Shown: positions 36,839-48,135, counted from the first letter of the stretch. The stretch: DNA of 50,400 nt from Kofleriaceae bacterium (GCA_965215005.1 CBDCCZ010000033.1:1-50400), one strand, 5' to 3'. Notes: generated by a model from the sequence alone, not told the origin. Translations and numbers: made by a program.

Positions 36839-37618
36839 ATGAAGCACTTCGACTCGAAGAACTCCTGGCGGGCTCGAGCTACACCAGCTTCACGAGGTCT
36901 GGCAGCGCTGCTGACGGTGCTGCTGACACTATCCCTGCCGGCCGCGCGCACGCTTGCTGACGTTAGGGGCGATGCCAGGGCGCATTTCCAGCGCGGGCAG
37001 GAGCTGTATCGGCAAGGCGCGTATCGCGACGCCATCAGCGAGTTTCGCGCTGCCGACCAACTCGCGCCGTCGCCGCTGCTCGATTACAACATCGGCCTGG
37101 CGTTCGAGCGGCTCGGGGAGGCGAAATCGGCACTGAGCTACTTCACCTCGTATCTGCAACGCGAGCCCAACGCGCCCAACCGCGCCGCGGTGGAGGCCAA
37201 GATTCGCCGCCTGCAAGCGGCGCTCGAAGGCGAGCGCGCGGCTCTGGCGGCGCCGGCAGAACCGCCGATGGCGCCGGTGGAGGAATTGCCGGATGGGGTA
37301 CCCGGTGACGCCACGACCGCTGGCGACGTGCCTCCGGGCGACGTGGTCGCGGCGGACCCGGAGCTCGCGCGGGTCGCGGCGGACCCGGAGCTCGACGCGG
37401 TCGCGGCGGACCCGGAGCTCGCGCGGGTCGCGGCGATCGATATCGGCAAGCTGCGCGACGAGCGCCGCCCGACGTTGGCCGGTTTAAAGGTCGCAAACGA
37501 GCAGCCGATCAACGGCCAGCCCGTCGCGCCGGCGGCCGACCCTGTTTACAAGAAGTGGTGGTTTTGGGTCGCCGTCGTCGTCGGAACCATCCTCTTCATC
37601 GATCTCAACAACGATTAG
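36839..37618 (+). CDS. Exported TPR protein with C-terminal membrane anchor
   Basis: Signal-like N-terminus, ARAHFQRGQELY, LDYNIGLAFERLG, PVYKKWWFW plus TM helix. Confidence 0.85.
   Translation: MKHFDSKNSWRARATPASRGLAALLTVLLTLSLPAARTLADVRGDARAHFQRGQELYRQGAYRDAISEFRAADQLAPSPLLDYNIGLAFERLGEAKSALSYFTSYLQREPNAPNRAAVEAKIRRLQAALEGERAALAAPAEPPMAPVEELPDGVPGDATTAGDVPPGDVVAADPELARVAADPELDAVAADPELARVAAIDIGKLRDERRPTLAGLKVANEQPINGQPVAPAADPVYKKWWFWVAVVVGTILFIDLNND
37346..37435 (+). repeat. In-frame 27-bp tandem repeat, about 3.3 copies (VAADPELAR)
   Basis: GTCGCGGCGGACCCGGAGCTC(GCGCGG/GACGCG) at 37346, 37373 and 37400, partial at 37427. Confidence 0.9.
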
Positions 37619-37880
37619 TACGCCGCCGCGGGACTGATGACGCAGGAATCCGCCGCCCCGATGCGGGGCAAGGGCGGCAGATTTCTGCTGCTCAGGCGTC
37701 CCCTTCGGCGTCTCCCCAAGCGATTGTTGTTTTTCTAGCGGTTCATGACTTCCGTCGTGAACCACTAGTGGCAGAACCACGGATCGAGCTCCCGCAGGCA
37801 GCGATGCGGCGGTCGAGCGCTCAGCTGGTTTCGCGCAGCGCGTCAGCACTGGCGCCAACCGCGCGGGTATACTCGGATTC

Positions 37881-39101
37881 GTGCAGCTGGAATCGCTAAC
37901 CTCTGCGGCTGCCGCGCTCGCGGCGGCTCCCGAAGAGCTCGGGCGCTTGCTCGCCGTCGCTCGCGCTCTCGAGGGTGCCGCGCGCCCCGAGGCGGCGGCG
38001 GCCTTCGTCACCGTTGGCGAGGTCGCCAGTGAGCGCGGTCAAGTGGGGCTGGCGATCGCGTGCGCGCTTCACCTGCGGGCTCTGAAGCAGGACGGGTTGT
38101 CGGCGCAGCTCCAACGCACCATCGCCAAGGCTCACGGACATGGCTCGCCGCGGGTGGCAACCACCGCGCGTCCCGGACCGCCCGCCCCGCCAAGCGCTGC
38201 TAGCGCCGTTGCCGCGCCCACCGGGCTCACTCTCGAAGAGGCGGTGGCGCTGGCGGTCGACGCGGTCGCCAAGGCACGCGCGGCGGCGGTCGAGCGCAGC
38301 GAGCCAGTGCCGCCTACGCCGCTGGTGAGCGCCCTCGACGCGGATGGTCTCAAGCGGCTCATCGAGGTCGCGGAGCTGCGTTGGGTGCCAACCCAGACCG
38401 TCATCGTCGATATCGGGCAACCCGCGACCTCGCTGTTCTGGATCGCCCGCGGCAGCGTCACCGTGACCCGCGGTGAGCACGAGCTCGGGCAGCTGTTCTC
38501 CAATGCGTTCTTCGGCGAGGTAGCGCTCGTCGGCGGCACCGATCGCACCGCGCGCGTCACCGCCAACGACGAAACCTGGCTGATCGTCATTCCGGCACGC
38601 GCCGTGGAAGAAGCCGCCGCGCGCGCGCCCAAGCTTGCACGCGTGTTGGCGCGCTATGCGCGCTCGCGGCTGCTGGCCAACGTCATGCGCACCTCGGCGC
38701 TGTTTTCGCGGCTTTCCGAGGAAGAGCGGGCCGAGCTCCTGGGCCGCTTTCGGCTCGAGCTGGTGGCGAGCGGCGAGCGCTTCATTCGCAAAGATGACGA
38801 CAACGATCGCCTCTGGGTGGTCGTGTCCGGCGGTTGCGAGGTGCGCGACGGCGACGAGGTGGTTGCGAGCCTGGGCATCGGCGCCGGCGTCGGCGAGATC
38901 TCGCTACTTGGCCAGCACACCGCCACCGCCGATGTCGTTGCGGTGACTGATGCCGTGATGCTCACCTTGGGGCGCGACGAGTTCGAGGACATCGCCGGAC
39001 AGCACCCGGCGCTACTCGCCGAGGTCTATCGATTGAAGCGTGAGCGCGAGCGGGCGCTTGCCGATGCGCTGGTTCACGACGCCGAGGAGCTGATCGTCTG
39101 A
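37881..39101 (+). CDS. Protein with tandem cyclic-nucleotide-binding domains
   Basis: FFGEVALVGGTDRTARV and VGEISLLGQHTATADV cassettes; helical N-terminus. Confidence 0.88.
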   Translation: MQLESLTSAAAALAAAPEELGRLLAVARALEGAARPEAAAAFVTVGEVASERGQVGLAIACALHLRALKQDGLSAQLQRTIAKAHGHGSPRVATTARPGPPAPPSAASAVAAPTGLTLEEAVALAVDAVAKARAAAVERSEPVPPTPLVSALDADGLKRLIEVAELRWVPTQTVIVDIGQPATSLFWIARGSVTVTRGEHELGQLFSNAFFGEVALVGGTDRTARVTANDETWLIVIPARAVEEAAARAPKLARVLARYARSRLLANVMRTSALFSRLSEEERAELLGRFRLELVASGERFIRKDDDNDRLWVVVSGGCEVRDGDEVVASLGIGAGVGEISLLGQHTATADVVAVTDAVMLTLGRDEFEDIAGQHPALLAEVYRLKRERERALADALVHDAEELIV

Positions 39102-39120
39102 TTGTGGTACACCAGCGGCG

Positions 39121-40608
39121 ATGAAGCGCTTCGCCTCCGCTCGCCTGCTCTGTGCCGGCGTCGGTCTTGTGGCTCTCGGTTGCCTCGCCGCTTGCGTCGA
39201 CAAACAGCCGTCACCTGCCGCCAAGAAGATCGACCCGGCTTATGTTGCGAAGAACGTGTTGAAGCAAGCGCCGTCGACGCTGAGCACCCGCGTTGACGCC
39301 GACTTTGGTGGCAAGGTCGTATACCTCGGCAACGAGCTCAAGTCGGGACCGGCGATCGCTCCGGGCGGGACCATCGAGCTCGTGCACTACTGGAACGTCA
39401 TCGAGCCGCCTGGGCCCGGCTGGGGAATCTTTGCGCACGTGCACGGCAGCGACGGTGGGTTCCACAACGCCGATGAAAGCGATATGCGCGCCGGCTATCC
39501 ATCTGCGCAGTGGCAGGCTGGAGACATCATCCGCGATGAGCAAACGATCACGTTGCCCAGCGACTGGAAGGCGAAAAACGCGCTGGTTTCGGTCGGGCTG
39601 TGGAAGCGCGGTGGGCAGGGCATCGAAGCGCGGATGCCAATCGTGAGCGGTCCTGGCGACTCGGAGCGCAAGGTTTTGGCGGCGACTCTCACGGTGGGTG
39701 CTGCTGGCGCCCCCGAGGTGCCTGCGAGCTACGTCGTGCGTCGTGTTAAGGGCGCCATCACTGTCGATGGCAAGGCCGACGAGGCCGCGTGGAGCGCAGC
39801 ACCCACGAGCAGCCGCTTCGTGAGCGCCGAAGGCGGGCCGCCGCTGAGTGAAGAGACCCGGGCGCGACTCCTCTATGATGATCAGTATCTCTACGTGTTC
39901 ATCGAGGCCGCCGATAGCGATGTGTATAGCCCCTACACCGGCCACGACGACTCGCTGTGGAAAGCAGATGTGGTCGAGCTATTCATCGACGCGGACCGCA
40001 ATCGAAGCGGCTATGTCGAGCTTCAGGTCAACCCGAACAATGCCCAGTTCGACGCCTGGTTTCCAGTTGGCCGTGGCCAACGCAGCGATGTGTTGTGGAG
40101 CGCCGACATGAAGTCGGCAGTCAAGATTTCCGGCACCGCCAACGAGCGCAGCGATCACGACGCCGGCTGGGATGTCGAGCTCGCGATTCCACTCGCTGCC
40201 GTGCGCGGTCGCGCCGGCGACGAGATGAAGCTCGCCATTCCTCCGGCGATTGGCGACTCGTGGGCGCTCAACATCGTTCGAGTCGAAGGTGCCAAACCCG
40301 GCGCCGATCGCGTCGCCGCCGCTGCCTGGAGCCCGATTCGCTACTCTGACTTTCACGGCCTCGACAGGCTTCTCACCGTCACCTTTGGCGACGCCGATGG
40401 TGAGATCAAGGCACCGGATGGGGCACCGGAAGAGCCCGCTCCGGCCGGTGAGGCTGAAAAATCGGCCCCCAACACCGAGGCGCCATCGCCGGCCGCGCCG
40501 CCGGCAAAGAAACCCAAAATCGACGTTCCGCGGATGCCGCCGGTCCTCAAGCGCGAAGGTACCGTTACCCCCCCGATTTACGAGCTTCCCAAACCCCCCG
40601 ACCGGTAA
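39121..40608 (+). CDS. Lipoprotein with Ig-like domain and CBM9-like domain
   Basis: Lipobox LAAC; W..GDIIRD; ITVDGK.DE.AW, LLYDDQYLYV, DVVELFID, YVELQVNP, W.VE.AIP. Confidence 0.85.
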   Translation: MKRFASARLLCAGVGLVALGCLAACVDKQPSPAAKKIDPAYVAKNVLKQAPSTLSTRVDADFGGKVVYLGNELKSGPAIAPGGTIELVHYWNVIEPPGPGWGIFAHVHGSDGGFHNADESDMRAGYPSAQWQAGDIIRDEQTITLPSDWKAKNALVSVGLWKRGGQGIEARMPIVSGPGDSERKVLAATLTVGAAGAPEVPASYVVRRVKGAITVDGKADEAAWSAAPTSSRFVSAEGGPPLSEETRARLLYDDQYLYVFIEAADSDVYSPYTGHDDSLWKADVVELFIDADRNRSGYVELQVNPNNAQFDAWFPVGRGQRSDVLWSADMKSAVKISGTANERSDHDAGWDVELAIPLAAVRGRAGDEMKLAIPPAIGDSWALNIVRVEGAKPGADRVAAAAWSPIRYSDFHGLDRLLTVTFGDADGEIKAPDGAPEEPAPAGEAEKSAPNTEAPSPAAPPAKKPKIDVPRMPPVLKREGTVTPPIYELPKPPDR

Positions 40609-40655
40609 CTCGGCGCGGGCGGGCGTTCGCGGCGGGGCGTGCTAACTTGCCGGCG

Positions 40656-42353
40656 ATGCATGGGTGGAGTCGCGCGCGGCGCCTGCACGGGCTGTGCGGT
40701 GCCATTGTCGTTGTCGTCCTAGGCTGCGGTGCCTCGGGCCAGAAGGTCGGCGAGCAACCGAGCTGGCGGCGGCCAAGCGAGATGCAGACGTTCGAGAGTC
40801 CTGCGCGCGGCGAGCCGCTGGTGTTCTCGCCCAACAGCCAAGGAGCGGAGCGTTACAACGACCCTCCGCGGACTCCCGTTCCGAGCACGCCGCTCGGAGA
40901 TGCAATCACCGCCGCCGTTGCCACCGCCGCTGCCGAGCAGGGAGTCGCGGCACCGCAGGCCGACCCGCGTCTGTTCGCGGCGGCGCGCGAGCTTGCCGAG
41001 GTCGCGCCAGCAAATGAGCCGCTGGCCTATCCGCTCATCGAGTTCGCGATGCAGCGCCACGGCATCGTCGAGCCGTCGCCGCATTTGGTGTTGATCTGGG
41101 GCCAGCTCGATGACCCCGCCGCCATCTTGCAGCAGCTCGCGCCCAGGCTGCCGCAGATCCTCGCGGCGGGGTCGTTCTCGCGCGTGGGAGTCGGCAGCTC
41201 GATGCGCGGGCCGCGCGGCGAGGGACTGGCGATCCTGGCGCTGCAGAGCAGCAACTTGGCGACCGCGCCCATTCCACGGGCGCTGCCCGAGGGCGGCGCG
41301 TTCCGCATCGAGGGCAAGCTGCTGGGGAGGTATCGCGAACCTGAGGTCTTCGTCACCCATGAAAACGGCGTGGTAACGCGTCCCGAGCTCCGCCGTCGCG
41401 GCACTCATGGCTTCGCGGCCGAGGTTTCGTGTCGAGGCCGCCGCGGCAAGCAGCAAATCGAGGTCACGGCCATCGATGCCTCTGGCTCGACGGTACTGGC
41501 GAACTTTCCGGTGTGGTGCAACGCTGAGGCGCCCAGCTCGCTCACGGTTCCGGTTTCTGAGGATGCGCTGCGACCGATGATTACCGCTGCCGCCGCGGAG
41601 GAGCGCATGCTCGAGCTCCTCAATCGCGACCGCCAGCGCCACGGACTGCCGCCCCTGAGTTTGTCGGCGCCGGTGGCCGGCGTTGCTCGCGCGCACAGCG
41701 AAGACATGCACGCCACCGGTGTCGTTGCTCATGTCTTGCCAAGCACAGGCTCGGCGGCGGATCGGATCAAGGCCGCCGACATCCGCACCGGCGTGGTGTT
41801 GGAGAACGTCGCGCGCGCGTACGGGGTGGCGGAGGCGCAGGAGGGACTGATGAACAGCCCAGGGCACCGCGCCAACGTGCTCTCCGATCGTGCGACCCAC
41901 GTCGGCATCGGCATCGTGCTCGGGGATGAGGTCGCTGGCCGCCGCGAGATGTTCGTTACGCAGGTGTTCACTCGCGTGCCTCCAAAGATCACCGCGTCAC
42001 GGGTTCGGCAGCGCGTTCAGGCCAAGATGCAGGCGGCGCGTCCCAACCTGGTGCACGATGAAGCGCTCGCCGCGTTGGCTGCGCTCTACGCGCGCGACGT
42101 CGCGCGTGGCCTCGGCACCGAGGACGCCGCGCAGCGCGCCCGAGCGCAGCTGGGCAAGCTGGCGGAGCGCTTCAGTCGCGTCACCACGGTGGTCACCGCT
42201 GTGGCCGACGTGGATGCGTTCGAAGCGTCTTCGGTGCTGACGGAGCCGCGCACCACCCACTATGGGCTCGGCATCGCGCAAGGCGACCACGACGTGCTCG
42301 GCGAGGGAGCTGTCTATATCGTGGTTCTCGCCGCCGAGAGCCGCGCTCGCTGA
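40656..42353 (+). CDS. CAP/SCP-domain lipoprotein
   Basis: Lipobox VLGC; LN..R..HGL..L, ARAHSEDM, ENVA, MNSPGHRANVL, THVGIG. Start ATG 40656. Confidence 0.88.
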   Translation: MHGWSRARRLHGLCGAIVVVVLGCGASGQKVGEQPSWRRPSEMQTFESPARGEPLVFSPNSQGAERYNDPPRTPVPSTPLGDAITAAVATAAAEQGVAAPQADPRLFAAARELAEVAPANEPLAYPLIEFAMQRHGIVEPSPHLVLIWGQLDDPAAILQQLAPRLPQILAAGSFSRVGVGSSMRGPRGEGLAILALQSSNLATAPIPRALPEGGAFRIEGKLLGRYREPEVFVTHENGVVTRPELRRRGTHGFAAEVSCRGRRGKQQIEVTAIDASGSTVLANFPVWCNAEAPSSLTVPVSEDALRPMITAAAAEERMLELLNRDRQRHGLPPLSLSAPVAGVARAHSEDMHATGVVAHVLPSTGSAADRIKAADIRTGVVLENVARAYGVAEAQEGLMNSPGHRANVLSDRATHVGIGIVLGDEVAGRREMFVTQVFTRVPPKITASRVRQRVQAKMQAARPNLVHDEALAALAALYARDVARGLGTEDAAQRARAQLGKLAERFSRVTTVVTAVADVDAFEASSVLTEPRTTHYGLGIAQGDHDVLGEGAVYIVVLAAESRAR

Positions 42354-42557
42354 CGCACGCGCGGCAACTCACGGCTCGGATACGCAGGCCGCGGGTCTAC
42401 TGAGGACGACGAGCCGCTGCTCCAAGTACAGCGAGGAGGTCTCTCCCACCCTGGCTACTCGAGCAGCCGGCGGCACCGGCGCAACCATAGTCGCGAGCGG
42501 GTCGACCTGGTGGCGACTACCGTCAGTGGTGGCCGCTTTATTGGTCAGGGCACAAAT

Positions 42558-42573
42558 GGGCGCACCCCTTGCT
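42558..42573 (+). promoter_or_regulatory. sigma54 -24/-12 promoter
   Basis: GGGCGCACCCCTTGCT (GG-N10-GC with TTGCT). Confidence 0.55.
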
Positions 42574-42585
42574 CTACACAGCAAG

Positions 42586-43938
42586 GTGCGTTCAATCATC
42601 TTGTATTCGGCGGGATTCTTACTTCTTGGCGGGTGCGGCCCCGAGCACTCCTCGGCGGACTCTGGCTGGGAATCGGACCTCGGCGACAGCGACCTCAGCG
42701 ACGCTGCGGCGGCAACGAGCATCTCGCCCGGCGCGTTGGGGTTGCCGCGCCGCGAGCAGCTACAGCCGCTGCAGATCGCGGTCGATGTCGACCAGCCACT
42801 GCGCTCGATGTTCGCGAGCAACAATCCCGAGACCGTCACCAGCTACGGAATCTTGGCCAGCACCTTCCACGACAACGCCGGCCAGCGGGGCGACACCAAG
42901 CGCTATCCAAACACGGCGGCGGCACCGGTTGCTGAGCTGGTAGGCTCCCGCGCAATCGACGATGCGTGTCCGGCGGGCGCCGTTCGTGAGCTCGATGTCT
43001 ATATCGCTCACATCCTCGACGTGCCCGGATACATCGGGCTGGGAATCTGGCCCGCCGCCGACGCCACCATCGAAGTGAGCGGCGATCTCGCCAGCGGACC
43101 GTGGGACACGCGCTCCGAGAACTTCGTTTCGGCGAAGGTTGCGCGAGACTTCTTCTTTTTTCGCCAGCGCACCACCCGGAGCATGCGCGTGAGCGGTGGC
43201 GGCTATCAGCAAATCGATGCGGCTGTCGGCGACGGCTACGTCGATGGACGCTTGCGGCTCCGCAGCGACGGCGCGTGCTTCTGGGCGTTCACCATGGCGC
43301 AGCCGGAGCCCTCGGCGACGGAGCTGCCCTCCGAAGCCGCGCGCGGCAATGTTGCGTGGCCGGGTTGGTATAACGGCGAAGGGCAGGGGCGCATCGCCGG
43401 CGTCTACCGCGGCGTGCGACTCGTTGGAGAGCAGCGGTTTGCGTTGCCCGGCCCGGGCTACCTTCGCGGCTATGAGCTCAATACGCTCTCGCAGGCGACG
43501 CGGGCGCGGTTCCACTGGGGAGACTCGGCAGAGGTCAACTATGGCAACTACGGTACTCTCTATGATCAGACGTTCGAGGTGGAGAACACAGGCTCGGCGT
43601 GCATGAAGCTGCGCGCCGAGTTGGTGAGTTACGCGCTCGTAGGGCCGTCCGAGTCACCGACGTATGACATTTACAACCAGCGGGAGAAGCTGCCAAGCAT
43701 CTACTGGAATGGGCCAGTCGTGAAGGAGACCGCGCAGGGGTTGGTTCTGGACCACGCGGTGCTCTACCCCGAGAAGAACCCATCGACTCCGAAGGGCACC
43801 GTGCAAACGATGCGCAAAGGCTTGGACCTGGTGCGGCTCGAGCCCGGCGCGTCCGCACGGCTGCGCTATCTCATTCCGGTTCCCGGCCTCATCTCCGCTG
43901 AAGCCGCGTTCGTCTTCACCGGCGAGCCGTGCAGCTGA
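42586..43938 (+). CDS. Lipoprotein, DUF3370-like
   Basis: Lipobox LGGC after GTG 42586; SNNPE.V...GIL.STF, GRIAGV and GNYG.LY resemble DUF3370 as recalled. Confidence 0.7.
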   Translation: MRSIILYSAGFLLLGGCGPEHSSADSGWESDLGDSDLSDAAAATSISPGALGLPRREQLQPLQIAVDVDQPLRSMFASNNPETVTSYGILASTFHDNAGQRGDTKRYPNTAAAPVAELVGSRAIDDACPAGAVRELDVYIAHILDVPGYIGLGIWPAADATIEVSGDLASGPWDTRSENFVSAKVARDFFFFRQRTTRSMRVSGGGYQQIDAAVGDGYVDGRLRLRSDGACFWAFTMAQPEPSATELPSEAARGNVAWPGWYNGEGQGRIAGVYRGVRLVGEQRFALPGPGYLRGYELNTLSQATRARFHWGDSAEVNYGNYGTLYDQTFEVENTGSACMKLRAELVSYALVGPSESPTYDIYNQREKLPSIYWNGPVVKETAQGLVLDHAVLYPEKNPSTPKGTVQTMRKGLDLVRLEPGASARLRYLIPVPGLISAEAAFVFTGEPCS

Positions 43939-43956
43939 TTTTCTAGCCCGCGTTTC

Positions 43957-46272
43957 TCACGCGTGGGCGCCATAGGTGGCGCTTCGCCATTGCCGCAAGA
44001 GACTCACCTCGAGGGCATCGGCGAACCCGTAGAGCTCTTCACCGGTGCGTGGCGCCGTCAGAGACGAGAGCGCCGCGCGCTCTTGGGGATGCAAGCGCGG
44101 AGCGAGCGCGTCGACGAGGGCCCCGAGCGCCGGCTCGACGCCCAACGTATTCGCGAGCAGCGCGATGAGCGCGGCGACATCGTCTCGAGGCGCCCGCGCT
44201 GCCGCAACTGGCTCGAGTCCACAAACTAGAAGCGTTGGTACCGCGTGGTCATCGACCAGAACCACCGCATCGTCGAGCACGCCATGCACGGTGTGAGCTC
44301 GGTGCAGCGGCGTGATCGCGCGGGCGAGGCGCTTGAAGAGCCGCATCGCGGTGCGTGGCGACGGCGGCCCGGCGGCGAAGGCTTCGCGCATCGGCACCCC
44401 CGCTGGCGCCTCGTAGACTGCCACCCCGCTGTCGCGATCGTAGCTGAGCGCGCGCTGCACGAAGGGGCCGCCACCGCGGGCGAGCGCAAACAGCCGCCGT
44501 TCGAGCGGCTCCGCGAGCGGTACCTCGTTCCAGCGCTCGATCATGACCGTTCGGTTGAGGGCGGTATCCACGGCGCGCGATAGCTGCGATATCGAGGTCT
44601 GGCCGATCGCCGTGTCGTGTTGATATCGTGGCGCGTCTGGGGCATCGGCTTGCGCCGGGCTCACCGCGGGCAGGTCCGCTGATGCGCGGCGGGGGCGCGG
44701 CGGGAGGCTGCGCGGTAGCAGCAGCGGCTTGCTAGCGCCCCCGCCGAGCTGCTCGATAGCGCTGCGGGCAGCGTCGAGCGAGGCGAACCGGTCGGCCGGA
44801 TTCTTGGCCAGCAGGCGCGCGAGGATCGGGTCCCAGCCCGATGCCACGCTCGGCGCTACTGCCGAGGCCTGCGGCGGCGTCTCGCCCAGGTGCTGGGCGA
44901 CGAAGTCGGGACCCAAGAATGGCAGCCGGCCGGTGAGGGCTTCGAACAGCGTTACCCCAAGCGAGTACAGATCGGCGTGGATGGTCAGCGGCGCGCCGGT
45001 GATCTGCTCGGGCGCCATATACGCCAGCGTGCCGATGAGGCCGCCGGTCTGGGTGGCACCGAGATCGAGCAGATGGGCAACGCCGAAGTCGCCGAGCTTG
45101 CCGCTGCCGCGCGCGTCGAAGAAGATGTTGGGCGGTTTGATGTCGCGATGGATGACGCCGCGCTGATGTGCGAGCTCGAGTCCCGCCAGAACGTCCAATG
45201 CCAGCCGCTTGCCAGCAGCCGCGGCAAGCGGAAGCTGCCGGTCGGCCAAGCTGCCACCGGTCATGAGCTCCATGACGAGATAGCCCTGCTCGGCGGAGAA
45301 CTCGTAGACCTCCACGAGGTTGGGGTGACGAAGCGCCCCCGCCAGCCGTGCCTCGCGAACGAATCGTTCATAGGCGCGATCGCCGCGCGAGGTCGCCGTG
45401 TGAAGAAGCTTGATCGCCACTGTTCGACCAGAGACGTCGTCGTGGGCGCGATAGACGCGACCCGAGCCACCTGCCCCCAAAAGCGTCTCGAGGCGATAGC
45501 GGCCACCGATGACCTCCTCGTCGCGCGACGACGGCGCGGCGACATAGGCATCGCGGTGGCTGCGCAAGAAGCCGTCGAGCTCGGCTGGCAGGTGCGGCGC
45601 TTGCTGGCGTGCCTCGATGAGAACGTCGCGCGCGGCCTCACGCAGGCCCATGCCGGCCAGCGCGATTACCAGGGCTTCGCGACTCGCCGCGGCGGTCGCG
45701 GGAAAGCGACTGGCTTCCTGCAAATGGCGAGCTGCTTGTGGGTAGCTCATGCGCCGAAGCAGCAACAGTCCGAGCTGCAAGCTCGCTCGATAGTGCTCCG
45801 GGGTGCTGTCGCCGAGGCCAACCAGGCGCTCGAGGAGCTCGCCTGCCTCGCGATCGCGCGCTGCTTCCACGAGTAGTCGTGCCGCGTCGAGGTCGCGATG
45901 GCCGCGCTTGTAGTAATCGATGGCAAGCGCGCGTTCGCCGAGCTCTTCGGCGAGTGCTGCGGCGCGGGCGAAGTGGCCTCGTTGCGCGAGAACTTCGATC
46001 GCGGCGCGCTGCTCGCTCGGCTCGCCCGCCATGAGGCGCGCGAGCATCTCGTCGACAGCGGTGTCAAGGCGGCCCTCGAGCGCGTAGCGCAGCGCGCGCA
46101 CGTGGTCACCGAGTTGCCGCGCGACTTCGTAGGCAGCGGCGAAATCCCAGATGCGCTCATACAGCTCGGCGGCGCGCGCGAGCTCGCCGCGGCGGCGCGC
46201 CTCGCAAGCGGCTTCGGCGTAACGTCCCGCGGCGACCAGGGCATCGACGTCGGAGTGCGAATTGATCGACAC
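43957..46272 (-). CDS. Ser/Thr kinase with N-terminal TPR-like repeats and a degenerate second kinase-like domain
   Basis: LGAGGSGRVY, VAIK, HRDIKPPN, DFG, GTLAYMAPE. Start reassigned to GTG 46272; the longer ORF overlaps mtnP. Confidence 0.9.
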   Translation of the reverse strand: MSINSHSDVDALVAAGRYAEAACEARRRGELARAAELYERIWDFAAAYEVARQLGDHVRALRYALEGRLDTAVDEMLARLMAGEPSEQRAAIEVLAQRGHFARAAALAEELGERALAIDYYKRGHRDLDAARLLVEAARDREAGELLERLVGLGDSTPEHYRASLQLGLLLLRRMSYPQAARHLQEASRFPATAAASREALVIALAGMGLREAARDVLIEARQQAPHLPAELDGFLRSHRDAYVAAPSSRDEEVIGGRYRLETLLGAGGSGRVYRAHDDVSGRTVAIKLLHTATSRGDRAYERFVREARLAGALRHPNLVEVYEFSAEQGYLVMELMTGGSLADRQLPLAAAAGKRLALDVLAGLELAHQRGVIHRDIKPPNIFFDARGSGKLGDFGVAHLLDLGATQTGGLIGTLAYMAPEQITGAPLTIHADLYSLGVTLFEALTGRLPFLGPDFVAQHLGETPPQASAVAPSVASGWDPILARLLAKNPADRFASLDAARSAIEQLGGGASKPLLLPRSLPPRPRRASADLPAVSPAQADAPDAPRYQHDTAIGQTSISQLSRAVDTALNRTVMIERWNEVPLAEPLERRLFALARGGGPFVQRALSYDRDSGVAVYEAPAGVPMREAFAAGPPSPRTAMRLFKRLARAITPLHRAHTVHGVLDDAVVLVDDHAVPTLLVCGLEPVAAARAPRDDVAALIALLANTLGVEPALGALVDALAPRLHPQERAALSSLTAPRTGEELYGFADALEVSLLRQWRSATYGAHA

Positions 46273-46317
46273 CGGCCAAGAATGGTACACCGCCATCGGT
46301 TTGGAAGCAGGTCCACC

Positions 46318-47195
46318 GTGGCAGAGCAAGTCATCGGCGTCATTGGCGGCAGCGGCATCTATGAGCTGGAAGGGCTCGACGGCAAACGCGACGTCGAGGT
46401 CGACACGCCGTTTGGTCCGCCCTCGGATCGGCTGGTAACCGGGCGGCTCGGCGACGCTCGCATGGTTTTCTTGGCGCGCCACGGCCGGGACCACGGCCTC
46501 TTGCCGCACGAAATCAACTATCGCGCCAACATCTACGCCCTCAAGAGCCAAGGCGTGCAGTGGCTGATCTCGCTATCGGCGGTGGGCTCGATGCGCGAAG
46601 ACCTGGGGCCCGGCGACATGGTGGTGATCGACCAGTTCTTCGATCGCACCTGGGGCCGCGACGGGACGTTCTTTGGGGATGGTATCGCCGCCCACGTCGG
46701 CATGGCAGATCCGGTGAGCCCAACGCTGGCAGCGGCGCTGCATGATGCAGCAAGCGAGGTCGCTGCCGAAGAGCGCGGCGCCTTCGCCGTGCATCGCGGC
46801 GGCACGTACCTGGTGATGAACGGACCGCAGTTCTCGACTCGCGCTGAATCAAACCTCTATCGCTCGTGGGGCGTAGACGTCATCGGCATGACCAACATGC
46901 CCGAAGCCAAGCTCGCGCGTGAGGCTGAGATCAGCTACGCGACCTTAGCGCTGGTCACCGATTACGACTGCTGGAAGCTCGAAGAAGCGGCGGTCTCGGT
47001 GGACTCGGTGCTCGAGGTTCTCAAGAAGAATGCCGTCCGCGCCCGTCGCGTCGTCGAGAATGCCGTCGCTAAGATTCCTGTGAATCACGATTGCATCGCG
47101 GCCAACGCTCTCGCGAGCGCGATCCTTACGCCTCCCCAGCGGATTTCACCGGCCGCCAAGGAGCGGCTTGCCCCCCTCATCGGAAAGTACGTGCC

Positions 47196-47202
<7 letters not shown>
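46318..47202 (+). CDS. mtnP: S-methyl-5'-thioadenosine phosphorylase
   Basis: IGVIGGSG.Y, TPFG.PS, FLARHG, INYRANI.AL, GPQFSTRAES, IGMTNMPEAKLARE, TDYDCW. Confidence 0.95.

Positions 47203-48135
<933 letters not shown>

Noticed and set aside
37616..37738. Premature stop or readthrough in the TPR gene
   Set aside because: The in-frame sequence after TAG shows no convincing conserved tail; cannot be supported without homologues.
45898..46551. Large bidirectional overlap of the kinase and mtnP
   Set aside because: Artefact of longest-ORF starts; GTG 46272 (-) and GTG 46318 (+) remove the overlap.
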